Positions 13,258 to 26,561 are shown, numbered from the stretch's first letter. The stretch: DNA of 60,000 nt from Felis catus (GCF_018350175.1 NC_058383.1:11906001-11966000), one strand, 5' to 3'. Numbers and translations: made by a program. Notes: generated from the sequence alone by a model not told the origin.

Positions 13258-13492
13258 TTTCTTTTTGTACGTGTTTTAAAATTTCTGTTAACGTTTATTT
13301 ATTTTTGAGACGGAGAGAGACAGAGCGTGAGCAGGGGAGGGGCAGAGAGAGAAGGAGACACAGAATCTGAAACAGGCTCCAGGCTCTGAGCAGTCAGCAC
13401 AGAGCCCGACGCGGGGCTCAAACCCACGAACCACGGGATCATGACGTGAGCTGAAGTCGGTCGCCCAACCGACTGAGCCACCCAGGCGCCCC
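13258..13492 (-). mobile_element. Feline Can-SINE
   Basis: Full element ending GAGCCACCCAGGCGCCCC; flanking AACCCTTTTT duplicated. Confidence 0.96.
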
Positions 13493-13774
13493 AACCCTTT
13501 TTGATTTTTTCAGTCATGGGGTCACACGTGTAGTTCTATTTGGTAAATGCACTATGGACATGCGCCCACAACACCCAGGTCTGGAATCACTGACCTCCGT
13601 GTGCTCGGCTACTGAAACTTCATCCGAACCACTTAACAATAATCTAAGCGTAAGCCGCCGCTTTTAGCTTCTTCTGTTCCCCAGCCTTCTCTTACTGACT
13701 TGTTAAAAGAAAATCAAATGGTCACACATGAGACAGAAACAGAGGTAAATGTAAACCCGTCCGAGACTTCATCC

Positions 13775-13921
13775 CGTGGCTCTCAACTGGGGGGTGCGGA
13801 TGTGTGTCATATCACCTCTCTCTGCCCGGGACTCATCCCAAACCAGTGAATCGAACTCCAGGAATGGGGCCCAGGGCACATTTCTATTTCAGGATGTCGC
13901 TCTCAGATTTGAGAACCACTG
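13775..13921. mobile_element. MER5-like hAT DNA transposon relic
   Basis: TIR-like ends GTGGCTCTCAAC ... TTGAGAACCACTG, with internal GAATGGGGCCCAGG. Confidence 0.6.
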
Positions 13922-15654
13922 AATAAGGTCCTCAACCACTGAGTAGCTGAGCTAGCTCCCATTCCTGCCCCCTGCCCCCACCCCTTTATTACTTTATGTG
14001 TATATTTCTCATCAAATGAATGATGCATTTGTAGATGTTGTGTTGGGGTTGCAGCATATTTATTGTGCTCGGCCCTACGTGCTTCTGGATGCTAATTGAG
14101 GTCACTTTCATTGTTTGTCCCTAAGTCTGCCGGAATAATAAGCCTCACTTGTCAAGGGATATGGCCTTATCACTCCCTCTTGCATTTTTCTGGGACCCAC
14201 GGGAGGAGAGGGGATATTTGTCTCATATAGGACTCCTGCCACATCCTGTACCTCCAGCTGGCTCACCACCCCCATTTGGGCCACCGACAAGGGGGTACCA
14301 ATCTGCCCCTCAGCTCCGGATTTTCCGGCTGTGGCGACACCAACTCCTAACCTCCACCCACCTCCAGATTTCCAACACGGACTTTCCTCATTTGCTTGCC
14401 GGGAAAGGTTTCCTTTTTTGTTGTTGTTTCTTCATTTCGGTGCTGGGCGTGCAGAGGGGGTGGGGGGTAGGTAAGACCCACGGTTGAGTGGCACTGTTGG
14501 GAGATCCTGGGTCCTAGGTTCCCCTGCAACAATTCTTTCCCAGGAACCCTAGACCCTGATGATCCAGTTGGACTCTCCCAACGGACTCCTTCCTCTGTGC
14601 CATTTTGTCTGCCCTTCTCCTTCCGGCAAGCGAGCTTCTGTGGCTTTACCATCTGTAGACTGTTTCAGGACCTCTCCTAAAACTACACGTTGCATTCCAC
14701 CCCCATGATACGGTCTACCCCCAGTGGAGGCAAGGAGGCAGAATCTCCACTAAAGACGGGGGCTTCCACGAAGCCAACCCCCAGAGCCACAGGGGGTTCC
14801 GATCCGCAGCATGGATCAGAAAGCGTGTTGCTGCAGAGGGGCCTGGCTGGGACTTAGACTAGAATCTTCCTTTCAGTGTCTAGGACTGAGTGTCTAGACG
14901 ACTCCTCATCCCGCAAGGCAAGGTGGCAACTTTCCCAGGATAAGGGAACGACGTTCCTGCCTCAGTTTCCACTTTGTAACAGTTGGTAGCCTTCCATTCT
15001 GAACTGAGCTGAGGTGAATCTGCCCATGCTGCTATTTAAAAGGAAGCCAGAGGAAGGTGTCCTGAGGCTTTGCAGAGCCAGGGTACCCAAAGAGGCAGAG
15101 GGAGGTGTGACAGGGGATACTCTGGAGATGTAGCCTGACAAAGGGCTGTGAGGCTGAGTCTCCTCCCCAGAGGACACAAGGGGAAGGGGGCTTTAAAGCA
15201 CCATTAAGAGCTTCCAAATATGTTCCTTCTTCCAGGGGGCACAGGAGACTGATGCCTGAGAACAGGAACATGGGTCACAGACTGGGTCAGATTTCCAACC
15301 CGAAAGATCTGGAGGCGGGGGGGGATGGCTGGCCACTTGCTTTGGTGGCGGAGCCTGGAGTCATTGGCATTGGGACTGGCCAGCAAAGGGTCTGCAGGGG
15401 TATGGGGGATGTGAGTGTTCCCGTGGAACGGACCTGGGCAACACTGCAGAGAAGGCAACTGTGGGGCCATCTTTGTTCCTCAGGCTGCCCAGAGCAGCAA
15501 GGAATCCCAGCAGAAAGAGGCCAGAGGACCATGGCTGGGTGCCCAGGGGTGAAGAAACATGGGAAGTCGTGACCTGAAATAGAGACATCACCCCAGGCCC
15601 CAGGCCAAGGGAACCACACAATCTTCTAAAGCACCCAAAGGGAAAAACCAAAAA

Positions 15655-15846
15655 CTTTTGGGGGGGGGCGCAAGGAGAGCACAGTTGGTGGAGGGGCGGG
15701 GAGAGGGGGACAGAGGACCCAAAGCTGAAGCCAGCTCTGCGCTGACAGGCTGACAGAAGGGAGCCTGACGCGGGGCCCGAACTCGCGAACCGCGAGATCA
15801 CGAGCTGAAGCTGGACGCTCAACTGACTGAGTCACCCAGGTGCCCC
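15655..15846 (-). mobile_element. Divergent Can-SINE
   Basis: GAGCCTGACGCGGGGCCCGAACTCGCGAACCGCGAGATCACGAGCTGAAG...GAGTCACCCAGGTGCCCC. Confidence 0.88.
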
Positions 15847-16639
15847 AAGAAGCAACAACCTTAAAATGTGAACAGACACAGAGAACAAAAAGCCAGGTAA
15901 ACACAGAGCTAGTTCAAGGAACAACTTTCCTGCCCTTTCCTCCTCCTCCGTGCGGCCCCCAGAGGCTGATGCTGTAGGGGCAGGGGGTGCGGGGGGTGGG
16001 GTGGGGGGTGGTTCCGAAGAAGGGAAGTTGGAAACCACTGGCCCCTCTTCTCCTCTCCTACTGCAGGCTTCCAGCCAAGTCCAGAGTCTCTATTTCAATT
16101 ATGGTGTGAGCATTCAAGTTTCTGAATCAATGTGTGTTTGTGATCTCGCGCAACTTCTAGACGTCCTCTTAGCTGAGAGTGGGCAGAGAAAGCAAAGACT
16201 TTGCAGGCTAGGAGAATCATCACACGGGGTGTAAACGACCCTGGGAGCTAACGTTTAAAGGCACAATGGCAGACAGAACAAAGTTGTGGCGTGATCACAA
16301 TCTATGCGTCTCTGTACAAGTTACCACAGGAAAAGGGAGGCAGAAGTCAGCGGCAACCCGTACGTGATAAGCTGTGCTTCTTGAATGGCCTTCTGTGAAT
16401 TTCATATTGTTCTCCATATTCTTTTTAAAAAGCAAATCAAGGGGAGGGACTCGAGTCCACACTTAGACCAGAACTTGGAAGAGGAGATTGGAAGATCGCG
16501 GTGCCCCCGGAGGGACGGGTTCATGAATCCCAAGAATGAGGCGACATTCAGGACCCAGGGGTCTCCTCACCTACCAGGCTTGTCTTGGGTGGCCACAGGA
16601 CAAATAGATCTCTGCATCAGCCTATGGATCCTAGGGAAT

Positions 16640-16802
16640 ATCTAGGTCAATAATACCCTAATAACATAGTACGGTGACAGGTGGTAACTACGTTTGCCGT
16701 GGTGAGAAGTTGGTAATAAATTGTTGAATCACTGTGTTGTACATCAGAAACTAAGATAATATTACATGTCAGCTATACTTCTATTAAAAATAAAAATTAA
16801 AA
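16640..16802 (+). mobile_element. Carnivore L1 extreme 3' end
   Basis: GGTGACAGGTGGTAACTAC...TTGTTGAATCACTGTGTTGTACATCAGAAACTAA...CAGCTATACTTCTATTAAAAATAAAAA. Confidence 0.8.
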
Positions 16803-16811
16803 GCGAAAAAA

Positions 16812-17012
16812 CTTCATTTATTTTTGAGAGAGTGAGCAAGATCACAAGTGGGGTTGGGGTAGAGAGAGAGGTACAGAGAGAGAATCCCAAGCAGGCTCCG
16901 TGCCGTCAGCACAGAGCCCCACGCGGGACTTGAACTCACGAACTGTGTGATCATGACCTGAGTCGAAATCAAGAGTCAGACGCTTAAGCAACCAGGCCAC
17001 CCAGGTGCCCCA
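16812..17012 (-). mobile_element. Can-SINE
   Basis: GAGAATCCCAAGCAGGCTCC...AATCAAGAGTCAGACGCTTAA...CCACCCAGGTGCCCC. Confidence 0.93.
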
Positions 17013-17904
17013 GTAGGTAAAAGGGTTTTAAAAGTTCATATAGAAGCCTTAACTGGGTTCACTGGCTCAACACCACATCACTATCTCAAGGCTGTGTCCC
17101 GGGAGCAGCCTCTGGGAGTGGGAAAGGCAGGCAGAACGCACATTCCCAGGACAGGGCAGGGGGCGGGGAGGCCCCCGTCGCTTGGGTCCTGCTCACGGGT
17201 CAGCCAGCGGTCGTGTCTTCTCCATGACCTCCCCCCACAACCTCAAGTAGAATTACCACTTGTATCGAACTTTCCTGTAGGAGTCCTACAGAAATCACCA
17301 AAGTGGAGGCGGGTGGAGTTTCACTTTGGAGAATTGCACAGCAGGTGCATGGGACACTTTCGGTGCGGCCACATAGCATTACTGGGACATTTACCTATAC
17401 AGTGTAAGTTTCACTGGGCAAGCCGGTTGAAAATACATAAACACTATTAAATCGAGTCCCATGGAAAACATGGCTCAAGGGCAGATTGATTTCAAGGAGC
17501 CTCCGCTAAGTGTACAAAATTGCAATGTGCTTTTGGTTTGTTTTCTCTAGAAGGTCTGCTCCTCCGCCCCTTGCCCCCGAGCTAACCTATGAAATAATGT
17601 CAACCTACAGCGTCATTTGGGAGATGATTTGACTTAAGCTGGAAACGGGGTCAGGGGTATTGATTGGAAACATAGTGACAAGGCCCATTTTTACTGAGAA
17701 GCAGGGCATGGTCAGACTCATTCCTGGGGGCTACTCTTCCAGAAAGGCGGGGTAGGCGGGCAAGTCTGGCATGCTGCAATGCCCCAGAATTAAGTGCCGC
17801 TTCTGGGAAGCCTCTACTCCATGAGGAGAGCCACTCGCTCTTGCTGAGTTCTGGACAACTCTGCAGATGCTGTCTTTTAGAACGTGGCCTCTCATGAACG
17901 TGGA

Positions 17905-18100
17905 AGAACACGGAGATTAGAATCCAACAGACTTGGTTCGAATTCTGACTGCACTGACCATATCCCCTAGGGGTGCTGCTTCTCCGCGTGGCTGTCTCTA
18001 CAGCCTGGAGGCTCATTCTGAGGATTCAAATGATGCTTTACAAGTGAAAGCCTTTTGCACAATGCTCGGCACACAGCACGACTTCAACAGATAGTCTATT
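17905..18100 (+). mobile_element. MIR fragment
   Basis: CAGACTTGGTTCGAATTCTGACT... and TGAGGATTCAAATGA...GTGAAAGC...ACAATGCTCGGCACACAG. Confidence 0.6.
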
Positions 18101-18449
18101 TCTGCAATAAGAGAGTAAGTCTGGAAGTTCGCCACTAAGATGTCCTATCTCACAAAGAAAAATAATTCTTGAATAGGAGTCAGTGGTTGGGGGTTGATGG
18201 GCAGTTCATCCCCAAACTACTTGAAGTCCAGGAAGTTAAAAAAAAAATTGGTAGCAATTAGAGTAAGAAAACTTAATACCCAGCTCATTTCAGAATGCCT
18301 GCATGATCCGATTTTCATCGACACTACAACTGGAGAAAGATTCTTGAAGGTTCCGCCTCTACTGCTCCACTCCCTCTCGCCTGGCCGCCAGCCTCCTTAA
18401 ATATTCCTCTGCTTCTCTTTTTCTGTGTTCCTTTGAAAAGGTTTGTCGA

Positions 18450-18669
18450 GGGGCGCCTGGGTGGCGCAGTCGGTTAAGCGTCCGACTTCAGCCAGGTCAC
18501 GATCTCGCGGTCCGTGAGTTCGAGCCCCGCGTCGGGCTCTGGGCTGATGGCTCGGAGCCTGGAGCCTGCTTCCGATTCTGTGTCTCCCTCTCTCTCTGAC
18601 CCTCCCCCGTTCATGCTCTGTCTCTCTCTGTCCCAAAAATAAATAAACGTTGAAAAAAAAAAAAAAAAA
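18450..18669 (+). mobile_element. Young feline SINE (SINEC_Fc-like)
   Basis: CpGs intact, pure A tail, perfect TSD GAAAAGGTTTGTCGA (18435-18449 / 18670-18684). Confidence 0.98.
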
Positions 18670-19747
18670 GAAAAGGTTTGTCGAGTGAGCCACTGACATT
18701 TTTTAAGGCAACACTGGAAACACCGGAGCGGGCACAGCCCGGCATTACTAACAGAGGGTGTTAAAAAGATAAATTGTTGTGGAGCGGGAGAGAGAGAAAA
18801 TTATACGTGAGTGTAGAAGGAGGGTGGCCCCTGAGGGGTCTTCGAAGCTGCTGTTGAGTGAGCAGCTGTTCAGGTGTCGAGCAAGAAGAGGCTGTAAAGC
18901 AACCAAAATGTTTACGTGAGGTCCTAGGGCGTGCAATCCAGGAGACAGAGAGTCCCCGGAGACTGAAGGCAGTACACCCCGAGAGAGGTTACACGACTTG
19001 TTTGGAAAGAATCGTGCTCGGTGCTGACGGGAGTTAAACCGCCTACCACACCGTTGCTCTTGGGCTAACAGATGTCACACTATCTCTTTTTCAGCCCCGA
19101 GGAGCAGGATGTGTCCTAGGAGGTGGCTGTGTGGCAACTGACGAGTTGCAATGGACAGAAGTCAAGAAGTCCGTGGTGTTCCAAGCATTGAAACGGGAGA
19201 TGTGCCTATGCCTAGCTGCCTCAGTTTCCCCCTGAGCCGATTGTGAGGGACTTTTAGCAATGCTTACTTCACGGTGGAATCCCCTTTCACCACAGAGTGT
19301 CAAACTTTCCAAGTGGGAGAGCACTCTTTTCCCCCTGCCGTTCCTTGAAAATGTTCTTACGTAATGGCTGAACGCCTCTCCCAAGAGCTCTCACTCGGGA
19401 GCAAACCCTCACGGAAGCACCTGCCAGCCTCTATCTCTCAACTCCGTGTCATGCTTTTGAGCCCCCCCCTTTTTTTTGCCTTGGGTCGCTCTCTCCTGGA
19501 GCCCCAAGAGTCCCCCTTCTCTGCCTTGGATGCGGACACCAGCCCGTGTCAACGTGACTGGGGTTTCCTTGGGCGTCCGTTGACTCTTGTGGAGCCTGTG
19601 GTCCAGGCCCCAACCCCGACTTGTTTCTGTCAACAGCCCTTCTCTTCAAACCCTTGAAAGCAGCTCTGTTTATCCTCTTTGTACCATGACTGTTCCACGT
19701 CCCAGACTCGGTATTTTTCCATTTGTCACCTCGATTCCTCCTCAAGC

Positions 19748-19999
19748 CAGGAAGTTAGCAAACTGCACAGAGCCAGGTATGAACTTGTTTAGGTTTTAGG
19801 AGCATTGTGGCGGCCCCTCAACCCTCAAAGCACGAAAACAACCGCAGAGAGCGTGGAAACAAACGATCCTGGCTGTGTTCCCATAAACGTGATAAACAAC
19901 ATGTCCGTGAGCGGGCCTGGCTTGGTCCCAATAAAACTTTATTTAAACAAACATTCAGCAGGGTAGTCTTGGCCGGCGGGCTGTAGCGTGCCCGCCCCT
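19748..19999. mobile_element. MER58-like hAT DNA transposon
   Basis: CAGGAAGTTAGCAAACT start; GGCTGTGTTCCCATAAA; CCAATAAAACTTTATTTA...TTGGCCGGCGGGCTGTAGCGTGCCCGCCCCT end. Confidence 0.75.
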
Positions 20000-20559
20000 C
20001 GCTCCAAACAACCCGTCGGAGTGTGTTATTAGTACTTCTTCTACGATGGAGGAAAGGAAGCCTGGCGAAGAGATTAATTTCCAAACATCACACAGGTTGG
20101 GGGTGGCAACCCAGGGTGCGTCTGAGTCCAGTGCCCGTGTCAATTCTGCGCCGAAATCCCCGCAAACGATGACGACGTTCACGTTAGGAAGAGTGAGGTG
20201 GAAGACGGGGCATTTCCCAGCAGCCTTCACCTTCTTCCTTATTACAAGCTCCCACCCCCCCCCCCCGCCCCCAGGATCTCACCAGCTCCACGTGGGCTGG
20301 AATATTGCTCAGGGTAACGATGGCTCTTGGGGCTCTGACGTGGCTGTCTTGCGTGGCTATCCTGCCTTGGCATGTAACTTCCAGAAAGCTACAGACAACA
20401 GCTTTTTCTTCCTTGGCCTGGAATTTGAGTAATATATTTTAGTCCCTGTGTTAAGGGCATTTAGGAACCTCAGACATTACTGAGCGCGCGCGTGTGTGTC
20501 CGTGTATATACGAGACATTGAGCTCAGTCCTGGAAATACACCGTAAAACAGTGAAAAGA

Positions 20560-20777
20560 GGGGCACCTGGGTGGCTCGGTCGGTTAAGCGTCCGACTCTT
20601 GATCTCAGCTCAGGTCATGATCTCACGGTTTGTGAGTTCAAGCCCCTCAAGGGGGCTGGTGTGGAGCCTGCTTGGGATTCTTTCTCTCCCTCTGTCTCTG
20701 ACCCTCCCCAGCTTGTGCTCGCTCCCATGCGCGCTCTCTCTCTCTCTCTCTCTCAAAATGGATAAACTTAAAAAAAA
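20560..20777 (+). mobile_element. Can-SINE
   Basis: Full element; TSD AAAACAGTGAAAAG on both sides. Confidence 0.95.
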
Positions 20778-21756
20778 AAAACAGTGAAAAGGACGGACCT
20801 TATTCCTGCCTCGGTGAAATGACCATCTAGACCTCTATGTGATGGACTCTGTGCTGCTCAGGTCTATAGTCTAGTCCTTGTCCACATTATTCCAAGGGAT
20901 CAACCCTCGGAACCGGAGCTGGGCATCATTAGCCCCGTTTTAAGGGTGGGTAAGCTCAGGCTGGGAGGTGCAGGGACCTGTCACATGGTGACAACTTTGG
21001 TGGAGGAGTGGGGTCTCTGGCTTGGGGTTTCTGGCCCCTGGCCCCGTGCCCTTTCCGGCACGCCTCGTAGCTCTGCCTCTCCCAGAGCCACACTCTGCAC
21101 CATTGGGCTCCACTCCTGCACCCCCAGCTGGCAGCGTCTTTGTCTGAACTTTATATAACCTGGCTCCTTTCCAGGCCCTCTGGCAGCTGTCCCAATTCTC
21201 GTTTCCTATCTGCCCGGCATCTCCCCAGCTCCCTTCTGAAGCTCTTATCCTTCTCTGGCAGCCAAATGCCCTCTATTTTATTTTCTCCCCAGGGCACACT
21301 CATAGGATGGAGAAAAGCCGAGAGATTGTTCACTTTCTTAACAGGAGCTGCTTTCAATTCAGCCACAGCTGCGACACGTTTCAGAAGTTAGATGGATCCC
21401 AAGACAGATGGCTCAGCAGCGACTATTTTAAGCCCCAGAGTCACAAGAATGGATCCAAAATAACTCAGTCCAGCAGGGGTCAAACGCAGAGCAGGCCTGC
21501 CGGCTTTGGGAAAAGCATGACCCCGGGTCCTCGGCGTCGTCAAGTGAGTCAGCTCTGGTGTTTTCTAGTTAATAAGACTTCTTCGGCGCAGTTCTTATGC
21601 TGATGTTTCAGGGCTGAGTTGGCTCTGTGTTCAGCTGCTGCTCTCAAAAACAACAACCACAGCGGCAACAAAAACTCCCTCCATGTCTTCAAAGCTCTCA
21701 TCTGAATATTTGTTACTGCGCTCAAGATTCGTACCAGGGGAAGCTCTGCTCCCCTG

Positions 21757-22211
21757 TGTATCAGTCAGCTAATTGCAACAGTGATGCTGCGTAAGAAAGC
21801 ACGTCAAAACTCTGTGGCGTAAAGCAATGATTATTTATTCTCTTTCAAGTGCCTGGACTCGGCTGGGGTTCAGCTGATCTGGACTCAGCCTGGTTGGTCT
21901 TGGCTCCAGGTTGTAAATTTCCTCCTGTGGCAACACCTACTTTTCACCTTTGTTGGACCAGCCGGTTGTTTTCGTCGCAGTGGTAGAAATGCAAGAGGAA
22001 GAATGTCCCGCGCTACACATGCATGTTTCAGGCCTTTGTTTGCATGTGTCTGCTACAATCACATTGGCCAGAGCACTCTATGTGGTCAAGCCCAATACCA
22101 TCGAGACAGGAAGTAGAGCCCACCCCACCGCTAATGGAGCAAGGAGGGACTGTAACTCACGCGGCAACGGCTGTGGATAGGAGAGTGAAGAATTAGGAAC
22201 TATCCATTACC
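21757..22211 (-). mobile_element. MaLR LTR (MLT1I/J-like)
   Basis: TGTATCAGTCAGCTAATTGC...GATGCTGCGTAAG...; CATTGGCCAGAGCA...GTGGTCAAGCCCAA; GAGTGAAGAATTAGGAAC. Confidence 0.75.
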
Positions 22212-22879
22212 CCTGGGCTGCAAAACACCTGGAAAAGAAGGCTGGCTGGAGGGCAGCAGAGAAACCTGGTGGTCTTTCCCCATTGAGGAGCTATGACTAC
22301 TCATTTTCCTTATGACTCCGGGGGAGACTCAGAGCCATGACAGATGGCCTGACTTTCCCCTTTGCAGTGGCCTTAAACCACCTCTGCATTCTTTTGTATG
22401 GACTGCCCTTCTGTCCCTTGAGGGGGCTGCTATTGATTCTTCGAACTGGCTCCCCAGAGGGCTCTAACAGATCTGGTAAGTCCGGAGATGTAAACAGGAT
22501 GCGCGAGTAGAGGGTGACTTAAGGTCCCGAGCCCATTTATTTGCACGCCCCTGTCCCTGCACGTGAGGAGGTCTTCAGTTTCAGTGACAATACCAGAGAG
22601 GTGGGCTTCCCGTGAGCTCACTGGAGATGGCAGCACATTCAAGGTAAAGCTGTCCTGCTTTTGAGAATTTGTCTGTGGGCCGGCAGTGGGGGCAGACGTA
22701 CCGTGTGTAGGGATTTTCACGTACAAAAGACCGTGCAGCGCTCAGAGGCGTTGCTAGAATCATATAGCGCTTCTTACGGCACCTACCCCTGTCTAGCACA
22801 CTGAGCCTTGGTGAAAGGGACATTCGCCTTCAGAGTCACGGGGGCAATGATGCAGTGTCATCTGTCTTCCGTCACTTGC

Positions 22880-23089
22880 TATCTCACGGCCCTCCTTAAT
22901 ACGTTTATGGCATTTGTCATCGTATGGCATTATGGGTTTGCGTCTTTGCTTATTGCCTTTTTCCTCCACTACTCTTCAGGGGCAAGAATGTATACCTCTT
23001 TGTATGCCTCCTTTAGGGCTGTATCCCCAGAACCTAGACTCTGATACATGGTATTAGTCAAAAAGGAGTTCAATTAGACATTTGTTACA

Positions 23090-23128
<39 letters not shown>
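22880..23128 (+). mobile_element. L2 3' end with (TAAA)n tail
   Basis: GCTGTATCCCCAGAACCTAGA...ACATTTGTT followed by a TAAA microsatellite. Confidence 0.6.
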
Positions 23129-23129
<1 letters not shown>

Positions 23130-23611
23130 CTTGTCTCACTATGTGGAACAGAGTATTAGTATCCTCCCTCCCTCTTTCCCTCCCTCGCTCCCTTCCTTCC
23201 TCCTTTCCTTTCCTTCCCTTCTTCCTTCCATCATCTTTCTTTTCTTTCTTCTGTCTGTCTGTCCTTCCTCTTATCCTTCCTCTGGATATATATTGATGGC
23301 TCCACCTAAGATTACTTCATCTTGCAGCATTCTATAACTTCCCCAGTGTGCACTGTAAACTTCCCTTTGGCTGTGTTAACATTTAGGGCCAACTAGGGAT
23401 ATCAGAGGAAAGAAATCAATCTTGGCTCAGGGAGACCCAGACCTTTTGAAATTCAGATGTGAGGGCGCTTTGGGCTCAGGGAGAAGCCGACTGCTGTTAC
23501 ATACTTAGAAATTATCTTGCTTTCCATTCATAGAGAAACACTGGGAATGGGTGAAGGCATCATCTAGGTTTTAGCTATCCTACATGCCAGTGTGACCTCA
23601 AGCTGGCCAGC

Positions 23612-24138
23612 TGTGGCACACAGAATCAGCCCCCTCCGTGACGTCCGTGTTCGAATCGCGTTGGGATCCTGTAATAGTGTTAGATCACGTGGCAGAGAGG
23701 GAATTAAGGTTGCAAATGAAATTAAGGTTTCTAATCAGTTGACCTTGAGATACGTAGATCATACTGAATCCTCGGAGGGGGCCCGAAGTTAAAAGTTGGG
23801 TGGGGGTCCAATTGTTAAAAAATAAAAGTGTTTTAATGGGAAGGGAGGAGGGAGAAGATCAGTGTCAGAATAATGTCACCTGAGGAGGAGTCAGCTAGCC
23901 TTTGCTGGCCTTGAAGCTGAAAGGGGGCCGTGAGCCACAGAATGCAGAAACTGGCAAAGGCAAGAAGACGGATCCTTCTCGAAGACCTCCAGAAATGAAC
24001 ACATCCCCGCTGGCACTTGGTTTGAGCCTATTTTGGACTTAATGGCCTCTAGAACCACAACATAATAATTCTGCGCTGTTTTCAGCCACTAAGCGTTTAC
24101 GGCTTTAATTTTTTACGGCAGCAGCAGGAAACTAACAT
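23612..24138 (+). mobile_element. MaLR LTR (MLT1C/D-like)
   Basis: TGTGGCACACAGAAT...GGAATTAAGGTTGCAAATGAAATTAAGG...CTGGCAAAGGCAAGAAGACGGATCC...CAGCCACTAAG...GCAGCAGGAAACTAACA. Confidence 0.85.
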
Positions 24139-25004
24139 GCCCATTTGCCCACCGGGATGCTATGTTAACCTTTAAAACCAAGGGAATTGAACCAGATAGC
24201 GCCCACCCCTTTTCCAGGGCTAATTTCCTCTCCTTCATAACATCTGCATTTTTGTAACCTGTCAAGGAGGCGAACGGGGAGTCAGGCCGGCCCAGGGTGC
24301 CTTGCATCCCTTAGCTCACTCTGAGCCTGTGAACAGAGCAGAACAGTGAGTTTTCCTCACCGGGAGAAGCATCACGCCCTTCCATGGGTGCAGGGAGGGG
24401 CAACGTTCATGGCGACTCGGTCCACTTTGCCTATCCCTCGCAGCCTTCTGCCAGGCCTCCTTTCTATAACAAACGTAGAGAAAGCGTGGCACACGTACAG
24501 GGGGCGGTGAAGACACCGGCCTAAGTTTAACTGAAGGAGCTTCTGTGGGTTTGGCTGTTGGCTTTGTGGGCTTAATACCGTCTTCGTCGCCAAGACTTCC
24601 CGTTGTCCTCTCTGCGGTCACTGAACGTCCCTCTGGGACAGGCCGTAAAGGCTCTGGGTTCCCCCAACCTCAGCAGGAGTTTCGGCTTCAGAAAGTGCCC
24701 CAAATGCAGCCGGGGGAGGTGGCTGGGATCCTTGGGGACACGATGATTCTGGAAAGAGTCCAAGGCTCTCACCTTGGAACCACAGGCAAATGTTGCAAGA
24801 CTCCTGCTCGGGATCTGGACAAAAGAATGTAGGGACAGGAGCAGTTTGGGCTAGACAAGGAGTCTGTTTGGAAGGTCACAAACCCTCGGGGTGACCTCAG
24901 TCAGAGGCAAATGACCAATGGACGAGAGCGTTCAATTTGATGAAGGATAGAGAAAGATCCCCATTCCAAGTGGTCCCCTAACTCTCTCTACTCACGCTTT
25001 TCAA

Positions 25005-25205
25005 AAATTATTTTATTTTTCAAGTTAATTTATTTATTTTGAGGGAGAGCGTGCAAGTCAGGGAGGGGCAGAGAGAGACCCAAGCAGGCTCCACGGCATC
25101 AGAGCAGAGCCCTACGCGGGGCTTGAACCCACGAAATGAGACATCATGACCTGAGCCGAAGTCAAGAGCTGGATGCTTAACCACCGGAGCCACCCAGGCG
25201 TCCCG
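25005..25205 (-). mobile_element. Can-SINE
   Basis: TTATTTATTTTGAG tail ... GAGCCACCCAGGCGTCCC. Confidence 0.92.
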
Positions 25206-25685
25206 TCACATTTTTTTTTTTAAAGCGCAGTTCATTTTCCATCCCAAACTAATTTATATCTTTTGTAGATACTTCACACTATCTAAAGCGATTCTGTACT
25301 TTTATTTCACAGGCAATAAAGGCTTATATTTTCTATTAGAGATCAGATTTAACATGGGAATACCTCATATCCCTGTGAAAAGGTGGCACAGTTAGCTAAA
25401 CCCATTAAGGCATAAATCACCATGATGTTATCCTTGCCGAGAGCTAAACACTCGAGGGGGCAGACTCCCACAAATTCTCAAAAAATGAGAAAGTTTGACA
25501 TAAAATGAATGGAGGAAAAATAGGAGTCAGAGCTGGGGGGACAGAAGGACCCCAATAAGGGCCAGTGACTCTCTCTCTCTCTCTCTCAGCCCGAGTGAGT
25601 GAGATTGTCCTGATCTCATCTGATCTTGTGTCACGTTCTGTGTTTATTTACTGGCATTAGGTCATTATGGAAAGATCTATATTTT

Positions 25686-25906
25686 ATTTATTTCTTTTTT
25701 TAATGTTCATTTATTTTTGAGAGAGGGAGAGAGAGAGTGCGAGCAGGGGAGGGGCAGAGAGACAGAGGGAGACACAGAATCCGAAGCAGACTCCAGGCTC
25801 TGGGCTGTCGGCGCAGAGCCCGACGCGGGGCTCGAACCCACGGACCGCGAGATCATGAGCCGAGCCGAAGTCGGACGCTCAACCGACTGAGCCACCCAGG
25901 TGCCCC
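25686..25906 (-). mobile_element. Feline Can-SINE
   Basis: Full element; TSD GGAAAGATCTATATTTT / GGAAAGATGTAGATTTT. Confidence 0.96.
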
Positions 25907-26099
25907 GGAAAGATGTAGATTTTAAAACTCACCACTTGCTTTCATTCAACATCATTCCCTTGTTCAATCCTTTATTTTCTGCCAGTTGAGGTAAGCCCCC
26001 AGAGACAGAAGCTCAAGTTCAACGTGGTCCCTGCACACGGGCCACTCCAAGCTGCAGGGCGGAGTATGAAAACTGTAACCTCGGCAAACCTTGGGTGGT

Positions 26100-26561
26100 A
26101 GCTTGCAAAGCCGGCCACCGTGTTTTGCCGCTTCTCTATCAAAGAGTCGAGTCCCATTTATCCACCTTTCAGATCCCGGCTGGCCTTCTGACTTGCTCGA
26201 ATGTGGTAGAAATGGCCCCGCTCACATTCCGACCCCGGTTTCTCGAGACCTTGCTGTTCTTGGGCATCCTGCAACCACCACGGTGTGAGTCAGCCAGGGT
26301 TAGCCTGCTGGATGACGAGGGTGTGGGGCCCAGTTACTCGGTCCTCTAGGCAATGGCCGGCCAACCACCCGTCATGTGGGTGAAGGCTTTGCCCGTCTGC
26401 TCACCGCAAACATGTAGTGAGCCCAACCCACAACCGCAGGGCAAGTGCCCGGCTACGCTCGGCCCAAATTGCCCACCGAACGTGAGCTAGAAATGATGGC
26501 ATTTTAAGCCACCAATGTAGAGGCTTTTTTCTTTTTAATGCAGCAAAAGCTAATCGGTACA
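26100..26561 (+). mobile_element. MaLR LTR (MLT1F/G/H-like)
   Basis: CTGGCCTTCTGACTTGCTC-GAATGTGGTAGAAATG; 3' end TTTTAAGCCACCAATG...ATGCAGCAAAAGCTAATCGGTACA. Confidence 0.7.

Noticed and set aside
15975..16012. G-quadruplex-capable G runs (also about 30359-30383 and 45548-45570)
   Set aside because: Common in GC-rich mammalian DNA, with nothing linking them to a function here
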